IMG/VR virus record: IMGVR_UViG_3300014204_000002
Span: 32,001-96,000 of that record
Reading direction: 5' to 3' (one strand)
Source of the DNA: a virus
Lineage: Duplodnaviria > Caudoviricetes
DNA: 64,000 nucleotides
The notes beneath the pieces were generated by a model that had not been told where the DNA came from, ran no database searches, and was given only the letters and a program-made list of their open reading frames with translations. This document shows, piece after piece, positions 1-9,674 of the stretch. Positions within the stretch are counted from its first letter, which is position 1, and the number at the start of each line of letters is the position of its first letter. The position numbers were made by a program, and so were the translations under genes.

Positions 1-826
1 TGATCGGATAACGAATTTCATGTATGAGAATGGCAGCATTCAAAATTGCCCGGATGTCATCGATCTCACTAAAAAATTATTTAAGACTGCCAAAGACATC
101 CATTGGAAAGATCATATTTTTACGCAATCTGTGGCACAAAAATGGATTGATTCGTCTATCTCAAAAACGATTAATCTGTCATCGGATACTACAGTAGATG
201 ATATGAAGAATGCGCTTACTTTAGCACACAAATGTGGACTGAAGGGATTTACAGTTTATAGAGAAGGATCGCGCAATGATGTTGTTCTTGAAACAAACAA
301 AGTAGTGACGCAATTAAATCCTGTCGAGAAGTTAATAAAAGGTGCAAATGGGCGCATTCTTCCTAAAACTCCTCGTAGTATGATGAGCATCACTGAAAAA
401 AGGCGCTCTAATTGTGGAAAATTGTACATAACAGTAGCCGAAGTCGAGGGACAAGCGCATACACTTTTGATTAAAAATAAAGGTGGTGGATGTTCTGCAA
501 TGCTCCAAACGGTTGCTGAATTATCTGCTGCGATGCTTCGATGGAAAATACCTCGTTGGGAACTTGTTAGAATATTAACTGGTATTACATGTGATGCTTG
601 TAGAGGTCGTACTGACATAGATGGAAAGTCATGCGCTGATATCATTGGAAAAGTAATAAAGGAGAATTTCCCAGACGAGGATATTCCAAATAAACATGAT
701 GGAGAATCACCTAAAAAGACAACTGTTTCCCAAACTGCTGTTCCGTGCCCCAAATGCGGAAAGGCACTTGTATTTGCAGAAGGATGTAGATCTTGTTCGG
801 AATGCGATTACACTCGATGTTCGTGA
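1..826 (+). CDS. nrdJ: Class II (B12-dependent) ribonucleotide reductase, C-terminal part; 5' end lies upstream of the window
   Basis: QKWIDSSISKTINL and GLKGFTVYREGSR motifs of the RNR barrel C-terminus, a TSCPD-like domain (SCADIIG) and a terminal Zn ribbon CPKCG...EGCRSCSECDYTRC. The frame is open from position 2. Confidence 0.9.
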   Translation, partial: DRITNFMYENGSIQNCPDVIDLTKKLFKTAKDIHWKDHIFTQSVAQKWIDSSISKTINLSSDTTVDDMKNALTLAHKCGLKGFTVYREGSRNDVVLETNKVVTQLNPVEKLIKGANGRILPKTPRSMMSITEKRRSNCGKLYITVAEVEGQAHTLLIKNKGGGCSAMLQTVAELSAAMLRWKIPRWELVRILTGITCDACRGRTDIDGKSCADIIGKVIKENFPDEDIPNKHDGESPKKTTVSQTAVPCPKCGKALVFAEGCRSCSECDYTRCS

Positions 827-903
827 GCGTTATATGATAAGCATTGAAACTATTGCTCTTTCTTTTTCTATTGCAGGGGCGATATTTATAGGGAGGTTAA
901 TTT

Positions 904-1146
904 ATGGAAATTGAATTAATCTTAACTAGTGTATCTTTATTTGGAATGGCATGTGTTGCAAGGCATGAAATTAGATTTATAGGATTTATTATTTGTAGTA
1001 TTGGGAACATTGGTTGGATCATACATGGGAATTTTATAAATAATATTTCGTATATTGTTCTTTTTTCAGGATATCTTATATTTAATATAATTGGAGCATT
1101 TGATGCACATAAACAAGTTATGAACATTAGCGAGTGTATTAAATGA
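904..1146 (+). CDS. Small membrane protein (3 TM, PnuC/PQ-loop-like), preceded by a 26-aa hydrophobic ORF at 834-914
   Basis: Three hydrophobic segments and a GFII..IGNIGWI pattern. Confidence 0.5.
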   Translation: MEIELILTSVSLFGMACVARHEIRFIGFIICSIGNIGWIIHGNFINNISYIVLFSGYLIFNIIGAFDAHKQVMNISECIK

Positions 1147-2151
1147 TTAAGAAGTTTTTATCGGACGAAAGTATAATTATTGATAAATATAACAATGTTT
1201 ATGGTCGCTTATCAATATTATACGAGTTTAAGAAAAACCACAAGACATGGTGTCATTGTAAATGTGTTTGTGGTAACGAAACAGATGTTTTAAAATCTGC
1301 ACTAGGAGTAACTACGGTTTCGTGTGGATGTTATCATAAAGAAGTTCAACAACGAATTAGAACAAATTTAACCGGGATACGATTTGGAAGGCTTCTTGCG
1401 GTTGAGCGAGTTAAAAATGACAATAAAATATATTATAGATGTTTATGTGATTGTGGAAGTGAAAAACTTATATTACATTCTAATTTAATAAATGGAAATA
1501 GCAAGTCGTGTGGATGTACGAGAACTCCAAGAAAGCCAAAACATGTAGATAATATCAAAAAAGGGCATATCTTCGGAAGATATACTTATACAGGAATTTA
1601 TAAACGTAATAATAATAGAACTTATTTTAAATGCCTGTGTGAATGCGGAAATGAAAAATTTGTTAGATCCGATGCATTAATAAATGGAACCGCTAAGAGT
1701 TGCGGATGTTATCGAGATGATTCTGCATCTATAAGATTGTCATTTTCATTGGACGAGAGAGCATTACATTGGAAAGGCGGCAAGGGCGATAAGGGATATT
1801 GTTATAAGTTTAAAAGAGCAAGTTTAAAAGAACGAGTACGAAAATTTTTTGGTGATGAGTGTAATATGTGGTAAGACATCTATTGATAATGGCAGAAAAC
1901 TAGATGTGCATCATGTGTATAGAAATAAAGAAGTAATGTGTAATGATGACGAAAGAAAATATTTTGTCCCGTTATGCAAAACATGTCATGGACTAGTGAG
2001 AAGATGTGAAAATAAAAACAATTTTGAGTATAGAGATATGTTTATTAATCTAATACATGAGAAAGGACGATGTTATTATTCAATAGAAGAATATCTAGAG
2101 AAGTTTAAAGGTATAAAACTAAAGAATATAAATTTATATGGAGGAATTTGA
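1143..2151 (+). pseudogene. HNH homing endonuclease with three CxCxCG...SCGC repeats, split by a frameshift at about 1860
   Basis: ORF 1143-1874 has three G..FGR...CxCxCG...SCGC repeats and ends RVRKFFGDEC. ORF 1849-2151 continues ICGK...LDVHH...FVPLCKTCH, the HNH core. Confidence 0.8.
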
Positions 2152-2381
2152 TGATAGATCATATAGCAAACACATTTGTTAACGATAATGGATTAACTGC
2201 AGAAGGACGCAAAAAACTTCGTGTTATAGAAGCGCTTAAACGAAATTACGACAAATACGGGCACTCATACTGTCCGTGCAAAGTCGACAAAATTGAAGAT
2301 AACATCTGCCCATGCAAAGACTTCCGGGAAACTGGTAAATGTATTTGCGGCCTCTATTTATCAGGACAAGAACTTGAATAA
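2148..2381 (+). CDS. Ferredoxin:thioredoxin reductase catalytic-subunit-like protein
   Basis: YG..YCPC...ICPC...CxCGLY cysteine pattern. Confidence 0.85.
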   Translation: MMIDHIANTFVNDNGLTAEGRKKLRVIEALKRNYDKYGHSYCPCKVDKIEDNICPCKDFRETGKCICGLYLSGQELE

Positions 2382-2405
2382 CTTTTTATATTTTATCGTT
2401 GTATA

Positions 2406-2606
2406 GTGATCATGAGTACTCAAAGTATATCAGTCTCATTTTACTTACCGGTGCAGATCGCATTGCTTGTATTGTTTTACGGGAATATTTTGCCGACATT
2501 ACCAATCTGGCTTGTATGGGCGCCATCATTGATTATTGTGGGCTTGCTTGTCATCGCCGCTGTTATTTTGTTAGTTGCGCTTATTGCTGCATTTTTCAGC
2601 AACTAA
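2406..2606 (+). CDS. Small membrane protein
   Basis: Two hydrophobic helices with a W..VWAP motif; upstream TATA-like box. Confidence 0.55.
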   Translation: MIMSTQSISVSFYLPVQIALLVLFYGNILPTLPIWLVWAPSLIIVGLLVIAAVILLVALIAAFFSN

Positions 2607-2655
2607 TTTACTTTTTTGCAAGCGCTTTTATACTTTTGTGCCGTAATATAATGAT

Positions 2656-2871
2656 ATGATAAACGATCTCAAAGCTACTGACTTGCTTCTTATTGCTTCA
2701 AATATTGTTTTTATATGGGTATCGTGCAATGGATTAATTCAACAATGTCCACGATACTTGATGTATATTTTTGTTATATTGATAATGATAGAGATGATTA
2801 TTTTTTGCGCATGGGTTCTTTGCAAAGTCGCGTTAATGATAGTTAGATTTATGATAGAGATGATAGAATGA
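2656..2871 (+). CDS. Small membrane protein
   Basis: Hydrophobic ORF; stop overlaps the next start (ATGA). Confidence 0.5.
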   Translation: MINDLKATDLLLIASNIVFIWVSCNGLIQQCPRYLMYIFVILIMIEMIIFCAWVLCKVALMIVRFMIEMIE

Positions 2872-3344
2872 AAGGTCATGATGCGTTAACAAGTAGTGTG
2901 AGTCAAAACTGGGCAACTCCTCCGGATCTCTATTTAACACTACATAACGAGTTTGTTTTTACTTTGGACGCTTGTGCGGATGAATCAAACCATAAATGCG
3001 ATAAGTATTTTACCGAAGCGCAGGACGGTTTAAAACAAGAATGGCAAGGTTACACGGCGTTTATAAATCCGCCATACAACGAAACCAAACTATGGGTAGA
3101 AAAGGCAATTGAGCAGCATCATAAATACGGAATTACGATCGTGATGCTTCTTGCAAGTAGAACTGGAAATAAAACATGGCACGAGTTAATTGTCCCACAT
3201 GCAAAACAGATACGGTTTTTAAAGGGCAGGATTAAGTTTGTTGGGGCTACTTCAGGCGCAACTTTTGACAGCGCAATCGTGGTATTTTCGACTAAATCGA
3301 CTGATAAAGCATTTGAAAAATTCGTCTTTATAGACTATAGGTGA
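2868..3344 (+). CDS. Phage-type DNA N6-adenine methyltransferase
   Basis: WATP, FTLDACA, DGLKQEW, FINPPY and IRFLKGRIKF motifs. Confidence 0.9.
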   Translation: MKGHDALTSSVSQNWATPPDLYLTLHNEFVFTLDACADESNHKCDKYFTEAQDGLKQEWQGYTAFINPPYNETKLWVEKAIEQHHKYGITIVMLLASRTGNKTWHELIVPHAKQIRFLKGRIKFVGATSGATFDSAIVVFSTKSTDKAFEKFVFIDYR

Positions 3345-3348
3345 GTTA

Positions 3349-3834
3349 ATGAGAGAAATTACAATAGAAGTGACAAATTATTGTCCATTTCGATGCAAGT
3401 ATTGTTCAAGTAATGCTATAGACAATATTCCTGATGCGACCTTTGTAGAATTAAAACACATTTACACATGCTTGGAAGGTTGGTATGATCGAATTATTAT
3501 TTCCGGAGGAGAACCGTTATTTCATCCATCTATCGGACGCATAATTTATTATTGCAAGCAACACACAAACGATGTAGTAGTTTATACAAACATGATTACA
3601 CACGTTGCTTATAATGCAAATGTCATTGATGGAATTACAGTTGATGTAAACCTGACAACCTTGGACAATGTGAACGAGATACACGTATTAAAGCGAGTTA
3701 AACAAGGAAGAGAAGCAACTCGGCCAGAAGTTAAGTTTTCATCTAATTGGGACAAACACGATTGTCAAAATTGCGGAGACTTTGTATTGAAGCCTGACGG
3801 AACAACGAGACCGTCTCCATGTAATAAGGAATAA
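3349..3834 (+). CDS. Short radical SAM protein
   Basis: CPFRCKYC (CxxxCxxC), SGGEP and YTN motifs. Confidence 0.8.
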   Translation: MREITIEVTNYCPFRCKYCSSNAIDNIPDATFVELKHIYTCLEGWYDRIIISGGEPLFHPSIGRIIYYCKQHTNDVVVYTNMITHVAYNANVIDGITVDVNLTTLDNVNEIHVLKRVKQGREATRPEVKFSSNWDKHDCQNCGDFVLKPDGTTRPSPCNKE

Positions 3835-3836
3835 TC

Positions 3837-4307
3837 ATGGGTAAGTATTGGTTGCATTTTAAGTATACTTCTATTCACAAATTTTATGTGATGAAGTATT
3901 GTTTTGAAGAAGGGTATTACTTGCGCGGGATCTTGCACGACTTGAGTAAGTTTAGATTGTGCGAGTTTGTGCCATATGCGTGCTACTTTTTCGAGCCACA
4001 TGTGTCGGGAGAACGCAAGGCAGAAAAGAAACATGCATTTGCTGTTGCGTGGCTTAATCATCAGAATCGCAACAAGCACCACTGGCATTTCTGGACGTCT
4101 ATTGATTACGAAGGAAACTTAAAGTATCTTGACATGCCATATGAATACATTGTAGAAATGATCTGTGACTGGCGTGCAGCAGGCAAAGCAAAAGGTACTT
4201 CTGATGGATCACTGGATCAAACTCGTGATTATTACATTACAAACAAACACCGAATGCTTTTATCGTCAAACACCAGACATATAGTAGAGGACATATTAAA
4301 AGTATGA
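3837..4307 (+). CDS. HD-superfamily protein (DUF5662-like)
   Basis: HK..V, HDLSK, AWLNHQNRNKHH and MP..Y..EMICDW motifs. Confidence 0.8.
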   Translation: MGKYWLHFKYTSIHKFYVMKYCFEEGYYLRGILHDLSKFRLCEFVPYACYFFEPHVSGERKAEKKHAFAVAWLNHQNRNKHHWHFWTSIDYEGNLKYLDMPYEYIVEMICDWRAAGKAKGTSDGSLDQTRDYYITNKHRMLLSSNTRHIVEDILKV

Positions 4308-4525
4308 AGCGCATTGCTACGATACTTGAATTTGATAGTTGTCATGACTGCCTATATGGGTCAGGTGGTGAATCTTTAGGCAGCCCAATGTACTGCACGT
4401 TCTTTGATCCACCAAAGCAAATTCTAAATTCAAATGGACACGCAGTGACCCCTTTACAAGATGGACGATTTATACCGGTGTTTTGCCCATTACCAGAAGA
4501 CGAAGTTTTTAACGGTGTATTATGA
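4304..4525 (+). CDS. Hypothetical Cys-rich protein
   Basis: SCHDC...C...IP.FCPL; translationally coupled on both sides. Confidence 0.6.
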   Translation: MKRIATILEFDSCHDCLYGSGGESLGSPMYCTFFDPPKQILNSNGHAVTPLQDGRFIPVFCPLPEDEVFNGVL

Positions 4526-5385
4526 AAACGTATTGCTATCAATTTAAAGACGAATTAATTTATGTCATTCATAAAAGTGATGAGATCTGGATTCCAATTA
4601 AATCAATAACTACTGCATGTAAACTATCTCACACAAATACATTACATAGGTTAAAACAATATAAAGAAGATTGCCCGCACCATTTTATGTTAGTGACCGC
4701 AGTGTCAATTGATGAAAATTATCATAAATATAAAAACTCATCAATTCAACTAATTAGTTTACCGGGATTGCTACAGTATGTTAGCGTTATAGGTAAAAAC
4801 ATTAACAATTTAAATTTATTATTGGAATTCTGTAACTGGGTAGATTTAACATTACAAACAAAGTTAATGGATGTATATAGAAGTCGTAACGCCGTTGCTC
4901 TATTAGATAGAGTAAAAACTACAACCGGGAGAGTATTGCAAGTATGTGATATTATTGATTCTGCTGATTTTAATGATGTATTTGTTCATTCATGGAGAAT
5001 AGATTATAGAAAGGAAAAAGACAGGTATTCAATTATAACACTAATTAATAAAAAGAAAACGTATTTAAGTAGGTTTGTTACAAATTGTCCAGATAATATG
5101 TACGTAGATCATATTAATCATGATTTATTTGATAATAGACAGTCTAATTTAAGAATATGCACAAACTCTCAAAATTGCATGAATAGAAAACCGTATGTTA
5201 AATATAAGGGGGTTCAATATAATAAAAAGAAAGACTACTTTTATGCATGTGTAATCAAAAACGGAAAACGTATAACAAAACACTGTTTTTCTACAGAAGA
5301 AGATGCAGCACGAGCATATAATGAAATGGCAAAAGAAATTCACGGTGAGTTTGCGTATTTAAATTTTATAGAGGAAAGTAAATGA
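4522..5385 (+). CDS. HNH-AP2 endonuclease with an N-terminal Bro-N-like DNA-binding domain
   Basis: VDHINHDLFDNRQSNLR (HNH); YKGV...F.TEEDAARAYN..A..IHGEFA.LN (AP2). Confidence 0.85.
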   Translation: MKTYCYQFKDELIYVIHKSDEIWIPIKSITTACKLSHTNTLHRLKQYKEDCPHHFMLVTAVSIDENYHKYKNSSIQLISLPGLLQYVSVIGKNINNLNLLLEFCNWVDLTLQTKLMDVYRSRNAVALLDRVKTTTGRVLQVCDIIDSADFNDVFVHSWRIDYRKEKDRYSIITLINKKKTYLSRFVTNCPDNMYVDHINHDLFDNRQSNLRICTNSQNCMNRKPYVKYKGVQYNKKKDYFYACVIKNGKRITKHCFSTEEDAARAYNEMAKEIHGEFAYLNFIEESK

Positions 5386-6095
5386 GAACGCTCGTTGTGG
5401 GTGATATTCACGGAAATCGTAACGCATTATTACAATGTTTTCAGAGAAGCGAGTTTAATTACAGTAATGATGTTTTAATTTCACTTGGGGATGTTGTTGA
5501 TGGGGGATTACAATCATGTCAAGTTATTGCAGAGTTACTTAAAATAAAAAACTTTATTCTCATTTCTGGGAATCACGACTGCAGTAAGGAAGGATGTGGC
5601 AACGTTGAGTTTGGTTGGTTTTTACTATGGGCTTCAGAAGGCGTGTCTATACCTTTGTGGGAAAATCAAGGTGGTAGGGCAACAATGCTTTCGTATGATT
5701 ATGATCGCCGTAATGTACCTCAATCTCACATCGATTTATTGAAATCGGCAGTTCCATATTACATTGATGATCGTAATAATTTATACGTGCATGGTGGATT
5801 TGACGAGCGTTATCCAATTGAAGAACAAGATCCTGAAACCTTGATGTGGGATCGTGATTTGGTCTATAAATATGGTCGTGGGTATGCTAAAGGCCCAATT
5901 AAAGAATATAAGCGTGTATTTTTGGGCCACACGTCTACACAGGGAATTATGCATGACTGGAATGCCACTGACCCAATTATAACTGACAATGTGATAGCGT
6001 TGGATACCGGTGGTGGATGGAATGGCAAATTGACAATTATGAACGTTGACACCTTGGAATACTGGCAATCCGACATTCAGACACCCAGTCAATAA
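5382..6095 (+). CDS. Metallophosphoesterase (lambda NinI/PrpA-like phosphatase)
   Basis: GDIHG, GDVVD, GNHD, VHGG, GHT and LDTG motifs. Confidence 0.9.
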   Translation: MRTLVVGDIHGNRNALLQCFQRSEFNYSNDVLISLGDVVDGGLQSCQVIAELLKIKNFILISGNHDCSKEGCGNVEFGWFLLWASEGVSIPLWENQGGRATMLSYDYDRRNVPQSHIDLLKSAVPYYIDDRNNLYVHGGFDERYPIEEQDPETLMWDRDLVYKYGRGYAKGPIKEYKRVFLGHTSTQGIMHDWNATDPIITDNVIALDTGGGWNGKLTIMNVDTLEYWQSDIQTPSQ

Positions 6096-6183
6096 TCCCG
6101 ACATTAATCACGACAATTTGTCGCGATAACCACTACTTTTTTAAGATATTTTGGTGTCCGGATCTGTACGATATTAAACTTAT

Positions 6184-6311
6184 AGATAAATTTATCTTCC
6201 CAAAAGTTCAATAATATGTGTTAACAAAAGAGATGTGAGGCATCTCTTGAAGAGAATAAACAATACATATTGTCCTTTTCAAGATATATAACTTTCGCTC
6301 TCTTTTGTTGG
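6184..6311. promoter_or_regulatory. Structured leader with alternative stems and an opposing promoter-hairpin-T-tract (putative antisense RNA)
   Basis: Stems 6221-6233/6299-6311, 6228-6235/6241-6248 and 6245-6254/6275-6284; minus-strand GAAAG-TTATATA at about 6285-6296. Confidence 0.55.
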
Positions 6312-6344
6312 TAGGATCATATATGGAAAATGCAGTAGTTAAAA

Positions 6345-7049
6345 ATGGAGTTCATGGAATCTCCGATTGAATGTATTGTAAAAGACGGAATTCAATATAT
6401 TACAGTAACGTCTATAGGAAAAACTCTTGGTATCGCAAATAGAACCATACACAAAGTTATAAAAAATAATCAAGATAATTTTGAGGATTGTTTGACCAGG
6501 TACCTTACGTGCCGGGTCGACGGAAATCCATTAGAACAAGTCTGTTTGTCAAAAGAGGGAGTTATAAACCTTCTTCTATTAATAAGCACAAAGCGTTACC
6601 CTGAAGAAAAACAACAGCGAATTAAAGACTTTAAGAAGTGGGCGCGTAAAGTATTAATTAATGCATATGATCAGCAGTTTAACAATCTTATCACTGCTTC
6701 AAAAGAAGAGCAGCGCGAAATAACTAAATCGATGCACAAAACACTAATGCCCGCGTTAACTAATGCATATGCTCTAAAATATAAAAGTGGTATTGTACCA
6801 AGAACTATCTATATGTATGAAAATATGATGCTGAATACTGTATCATTTGGATATCATGAGCGAGATATGAGAAATAGAGTTTCGCACGAGGAACTTGTCA
6901 GGCTTTCAATTGCACAAGGGGCAGATTTAACATTGCTTGAGTGTGGAATATTATCTATAACAGATCGCGCTGATAAGATTAATAGTATCATTGCGAAATA
7001 TTATATATCTGCGCCTAATCAGTTGAGTAAACTTGAATCTTTTATGTAA
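6345..7049 (+). CDS. Antirepressor-like protein (Bro-N / P22 Ant N-terminal-like domain)
   Basis: I...DG..Y....I...LG...G....CL...GV..LL..I...F..W...VL pattern. Confidence 0.6.
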   Translation: MEFMESPIECIVKDGIQYITVTSIGKTLGIANRTIHKVIKNNQDNFEDCLTRYLTCRVDGNPLEQVCLSKEGVINLLLLISTKRYPEEKQQRIKDFKKWARKVLINAYDQQFNNLITASKEEQREITKSMHKTLMPALTNAYALKYKSGIVPRTIYMYENMMLNTVSFGYHERDMRNRVSHEELVRLSIAQGADLTLLECGILSITDRADKINSIIAKYYISAPNQLSKLESFM

Positions 7050-7091
7050 GATTTAATAACCATTACTTTTTTAAGTTGGGTAATGTGACCT

Positions 7092-7247
7092 ATGCTCGGT
7101 GACATGTTTGTGTACAAATATAAACCAGAATACAAAGATAGTTTAAAGCGCCTATATTCGACCATTGAGACTATTGCAGACGCGGAAGATACAACATTTG
7201 AATATGTCGTGAAAGACCTCTTTGATATTCATTTACACGATTATTAG
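7092..7247 (+). CDS. Small hypothetical protein (51 aa, not in the ORF track)
   Basis: Open frame MLGDMFVYKYKPEY...HLHDY ending 2 nt before the next start. Confidence 0.45.
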   Translation: MLGDMFVYKYKPEYKDSLKRLYSTIETIADAEDTTFEYVVKDLFDIHLHDY

Positions 7248-7249
7248 AC

Positions 7250-7528
7250 ATGCAGAAACAATTAAAGGAATTATTAGATTATTATGGCAAAGATGATCGA
7301 TTACTCGTGGTATATGAGGAACTGGCAGAATTAACGCAGGCGATCACAAAATACGAACGAGGTTTAACAAAATTTAACACAAATATCGTAGAAGAAACTG
7401 CTCATGTATTGATTATGATTGAATACTTAAAGATCATTTATGGATTTGATGATCTGGATATCAAGGGAGAAATTAATAAAAAGTTAACTAAATTAATTAA
7501 ATATAGAGAACTTTATCCGAGAAGTTAA
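7250..7528 (+). CDS. MazG-like nucleotide pyrophosphohydrolase
   Basis: EELAEL..AITK...IVEE.AHV.IM pattern. Confidence 0.7.
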   Translation: MQKQLKELLDYYGKDDRLLVVYEELAELTQAITKYERGLTKFNTNIVEETAHVLIMIEYLKIIYGFDDLDIKGEINKKLTKLIKYRELYPRS

Positions 7529-7553
7529 ATAGAATGTAAACATATAATAATGT

Positions 7554-8279
7554 ATGTTTATAGATGGATTATGGAACATGCTTACTCTTCCTGATGGGAC
7601 AAAAGATCCCATCAAATATATTTTTCATATCATTATTAAAGATCGCTTTCGTCAGATGATTACGAGTGACCCGGATGCTACCGGTAATTCGCTTGAAATT
7701 CTTGACGGACTTGAGATTGATGCTCGTCTTATCACTCACGAAGAAACTGATAGGTATGTCATTAATGAACCGTTTATCAGGGCAATGATAGATAACTATA
7801 ACACCGAATGGATGAAGTATAAACCGGGAAAATTAGAGCGAAAATACAAGGATTTTGTTATTAATTTCGTATTTGCCTTGTATCGAAATGACAGTGAGTA
7901 TACCTCGAAGATTGGCGGAATTATGTCGTGGCTCATCATGAATAGAGAAGAGTTTTCTAATCCAAATGGAAACCATCTGAAGGTAATAGAGCAGGTTTAT
8001 GATTTTTGGGCCAATGGATCTCTTGATGCAGAAGGCAATGTCATTCAACCGGGCGATAATCGAATTAGAACCAAGCCGTGGATAGACTGGGGATTCCGCT
8101 ACGTTATAAACCGATACAAGAGAGGCCAGAAATTCTACATGTATAGTGTTAACTTCTTTCTTCGGTACATTTACGTCAACGCCGATAAATGGGTTATTAT
8201 TCCTGCGTTCTTCCCGGAAAACTGGTATGGAAACAATAAAGGGTATCAGACTATTGAGCTCTACGGAGGCAACTTCTAA
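7554..8279 (+). CDS. Hypothetical protein, paralog of the next gene
   Basis: Long ORF sharing an aromatic-rich motif with 8279-8755. Confidence 0.7.
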   Translation: MFIDGLWNMLTLPDGTKDPIKYIFHIIIKDRFRQMITSDPDATGNSLEILDGLEIDARLITHEETDRYVINEPFIRAMIDNYNTEWMKYKPGKLERKYKDFVINFVFALYRNDSEYTSKIGGIMSWLIMNREEFSNPNGNHLKVIEQVYDFWANGSLDAEGNVIQPGDNRIRTKPWIDWGFRYVINRYKRGQKFYMYSVNFFLRYIYVNADKWVIIPAFFPENWYGNNKGYQTIELYGGNF

Positions 8280-8755
8280 TGACAGACGAGTCAATTAATG
8301 AAGTCAATCAGGAAGCAGCAGTAGACCCGGTTATTAAATTTTTAGCGACGCTGCGATTTGATACAGATGTATTCACGGTGTTGCATCAGGCGTCAATGGA
8401 TCCTGAACAATATGATAAATTTTTCCAGTCACCTGAACTATTCGTGTTGCTTAATGCCTCGCACGTACTGAATGATAACGACCCAAATAAAGGTGAGATT
8501 GATCATCAGGCAATTCAAAATTTGTTGCGATGGATTACCGTAAAATGCGCAACTGATCCGGTCTGGATGTGTTATTTTGGCTGGTTATTCAGGTTTATTG
8601 CAGTGCATACCGATCCATCGAGTTATTGGCCTATTAAGTTTAGCCCGCGATTCTTGCCTAAAAATTTCATCAAGCGCGGCGAATCCTTTGACATTGGAGT
8701 CGAAAACCGAAAGATTAAAACTCCCGAAGAAGTATTCAAAAAATCTAAGCAATAA
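8279..8755 (+). CDS. Hypothetical protein
   Basis: Coupled to the previous gene (TAATG). Confidence 0.7.
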   Translation: MTDESINEVNQEAAVDPVIKFLATLRFDTDVFTVLHQASMDPEQYDKFFQSPELFVLLNASHVLNDNDPNKGEIDHQAIQNLLRWITVKCATDPVWMCYFGWLFRFIAVHTDPSSYWPIKFSPRFLPKNFIKRGESFDIGVENRKIKTPEEVFKKSKQ

Positions 8756-8793
8756 TAATTAACTTTATCTCTTTTTGCGATCTATATATTGTC

Positions 8794-9312
8794 ATGGTAG
8801 ATCATGCGTATGGAATAAGACGGGCAAAAGGAACAGCAGCGTCTTCCACTTGTATTTCGTCACATTATGGCGCTGAAATAATCGACCCTGTTACGAAAAG
8901 ACCTGTTGGATCTGGATTTAATGGCGTTCCAAGAGGCATGGAACACTGTAATGACAAAAAGTGGTGTTTTAAACAGGAACTTGGCTTTACTCATTTTCAG
9001 GAAGGAGTTGGTCAATGGGCTGGATTATCTTATTGTTTATGTACTCATGCTGAAGTTAATGCTATTGCACAGGCAGGAGATCGGGCATGGGGATGTTGGA
9101 TGTATTTGTGGGGCGAGCGAGCAAACGGAGTCAGGATCCTTCCGCAACCATGCTTTACTTGCACTAAAATGATTATTAATGCTGGTATAACTGATGTAAT
9201 TGTTGAGTCAACTCCGGGAATTTATATAAAGATCAATCCAATCGCGCTGTATCATAAATACGTTAAAGAAATGGTGGATTACGCTGACTTAAATAAAGGA
9301 AATTCGGAGTAA
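8794..9312 (+). CDS. dCMP deaminase
   Basis: GFNG, HAEVNAI and PCFTC..MIINAGI zinc-deaminase motifs. Confidence 0.9.
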   Translation: MVDHAYGIRRAKGTAASSTCISSHYGAEIIDPVTKRPVGSGFNGVPRGMEHCNDKKWCFKQELGFTHFQEGVGQWAGLSYCLCTHAEVNAIAQAGDRAWGCWMYLWGERANGVRILPQPCFTCTKMIINAGITDVIVESTPGIYIKINPIALYHKYVKEMVDYADLNKGNSE

Positions 9313-9317
9313 TTTAT

Positions 9318-9674
9318 ATGAGCGATTATGAGGTAGGAAAAGATATTGGCGCTCTAATACAGCGAGTCGAATATCTCGAAACCGCACTATTTACAGCAGA
9401 ACCATCTTCGGAGTTTGAGGATTATGCTCACCGTTTAGCGTATCCGATCACAGGAAAGGTAACGGCAAATACTGATACGAATAAGAATCTTTGCCGGGCT
9501 GTACAAGAGTCAACCTATACTGTTGAACTTTTAAAGACGAACGATGGCATTCCTACGTTAATGAAATCTGAAATGACTCGTGCTGAGCTTGACGATTTTA
9601 TTGCGAAGAATCCCGGCAGAAACTTTAGCGAGTTTATCGTGTCTGTTTCTCCATCATACAAGGATTACATATGA
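9318..9674 (+). CDS. Hypothetical protein
   Basis: ORF within the operon, GGAG upstream. Confidence 0.6.
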   Translation: MSDYEVGKDIGALIQRVEYLETALFTAEPSSEFEDYAHRLAYPITGKVTANTDTNKNLCRAVQESTYTVELLKTNDGIPTLMKSEMTRAELDDFIAKNPGRNFSEFIVSVSPSYKDYI

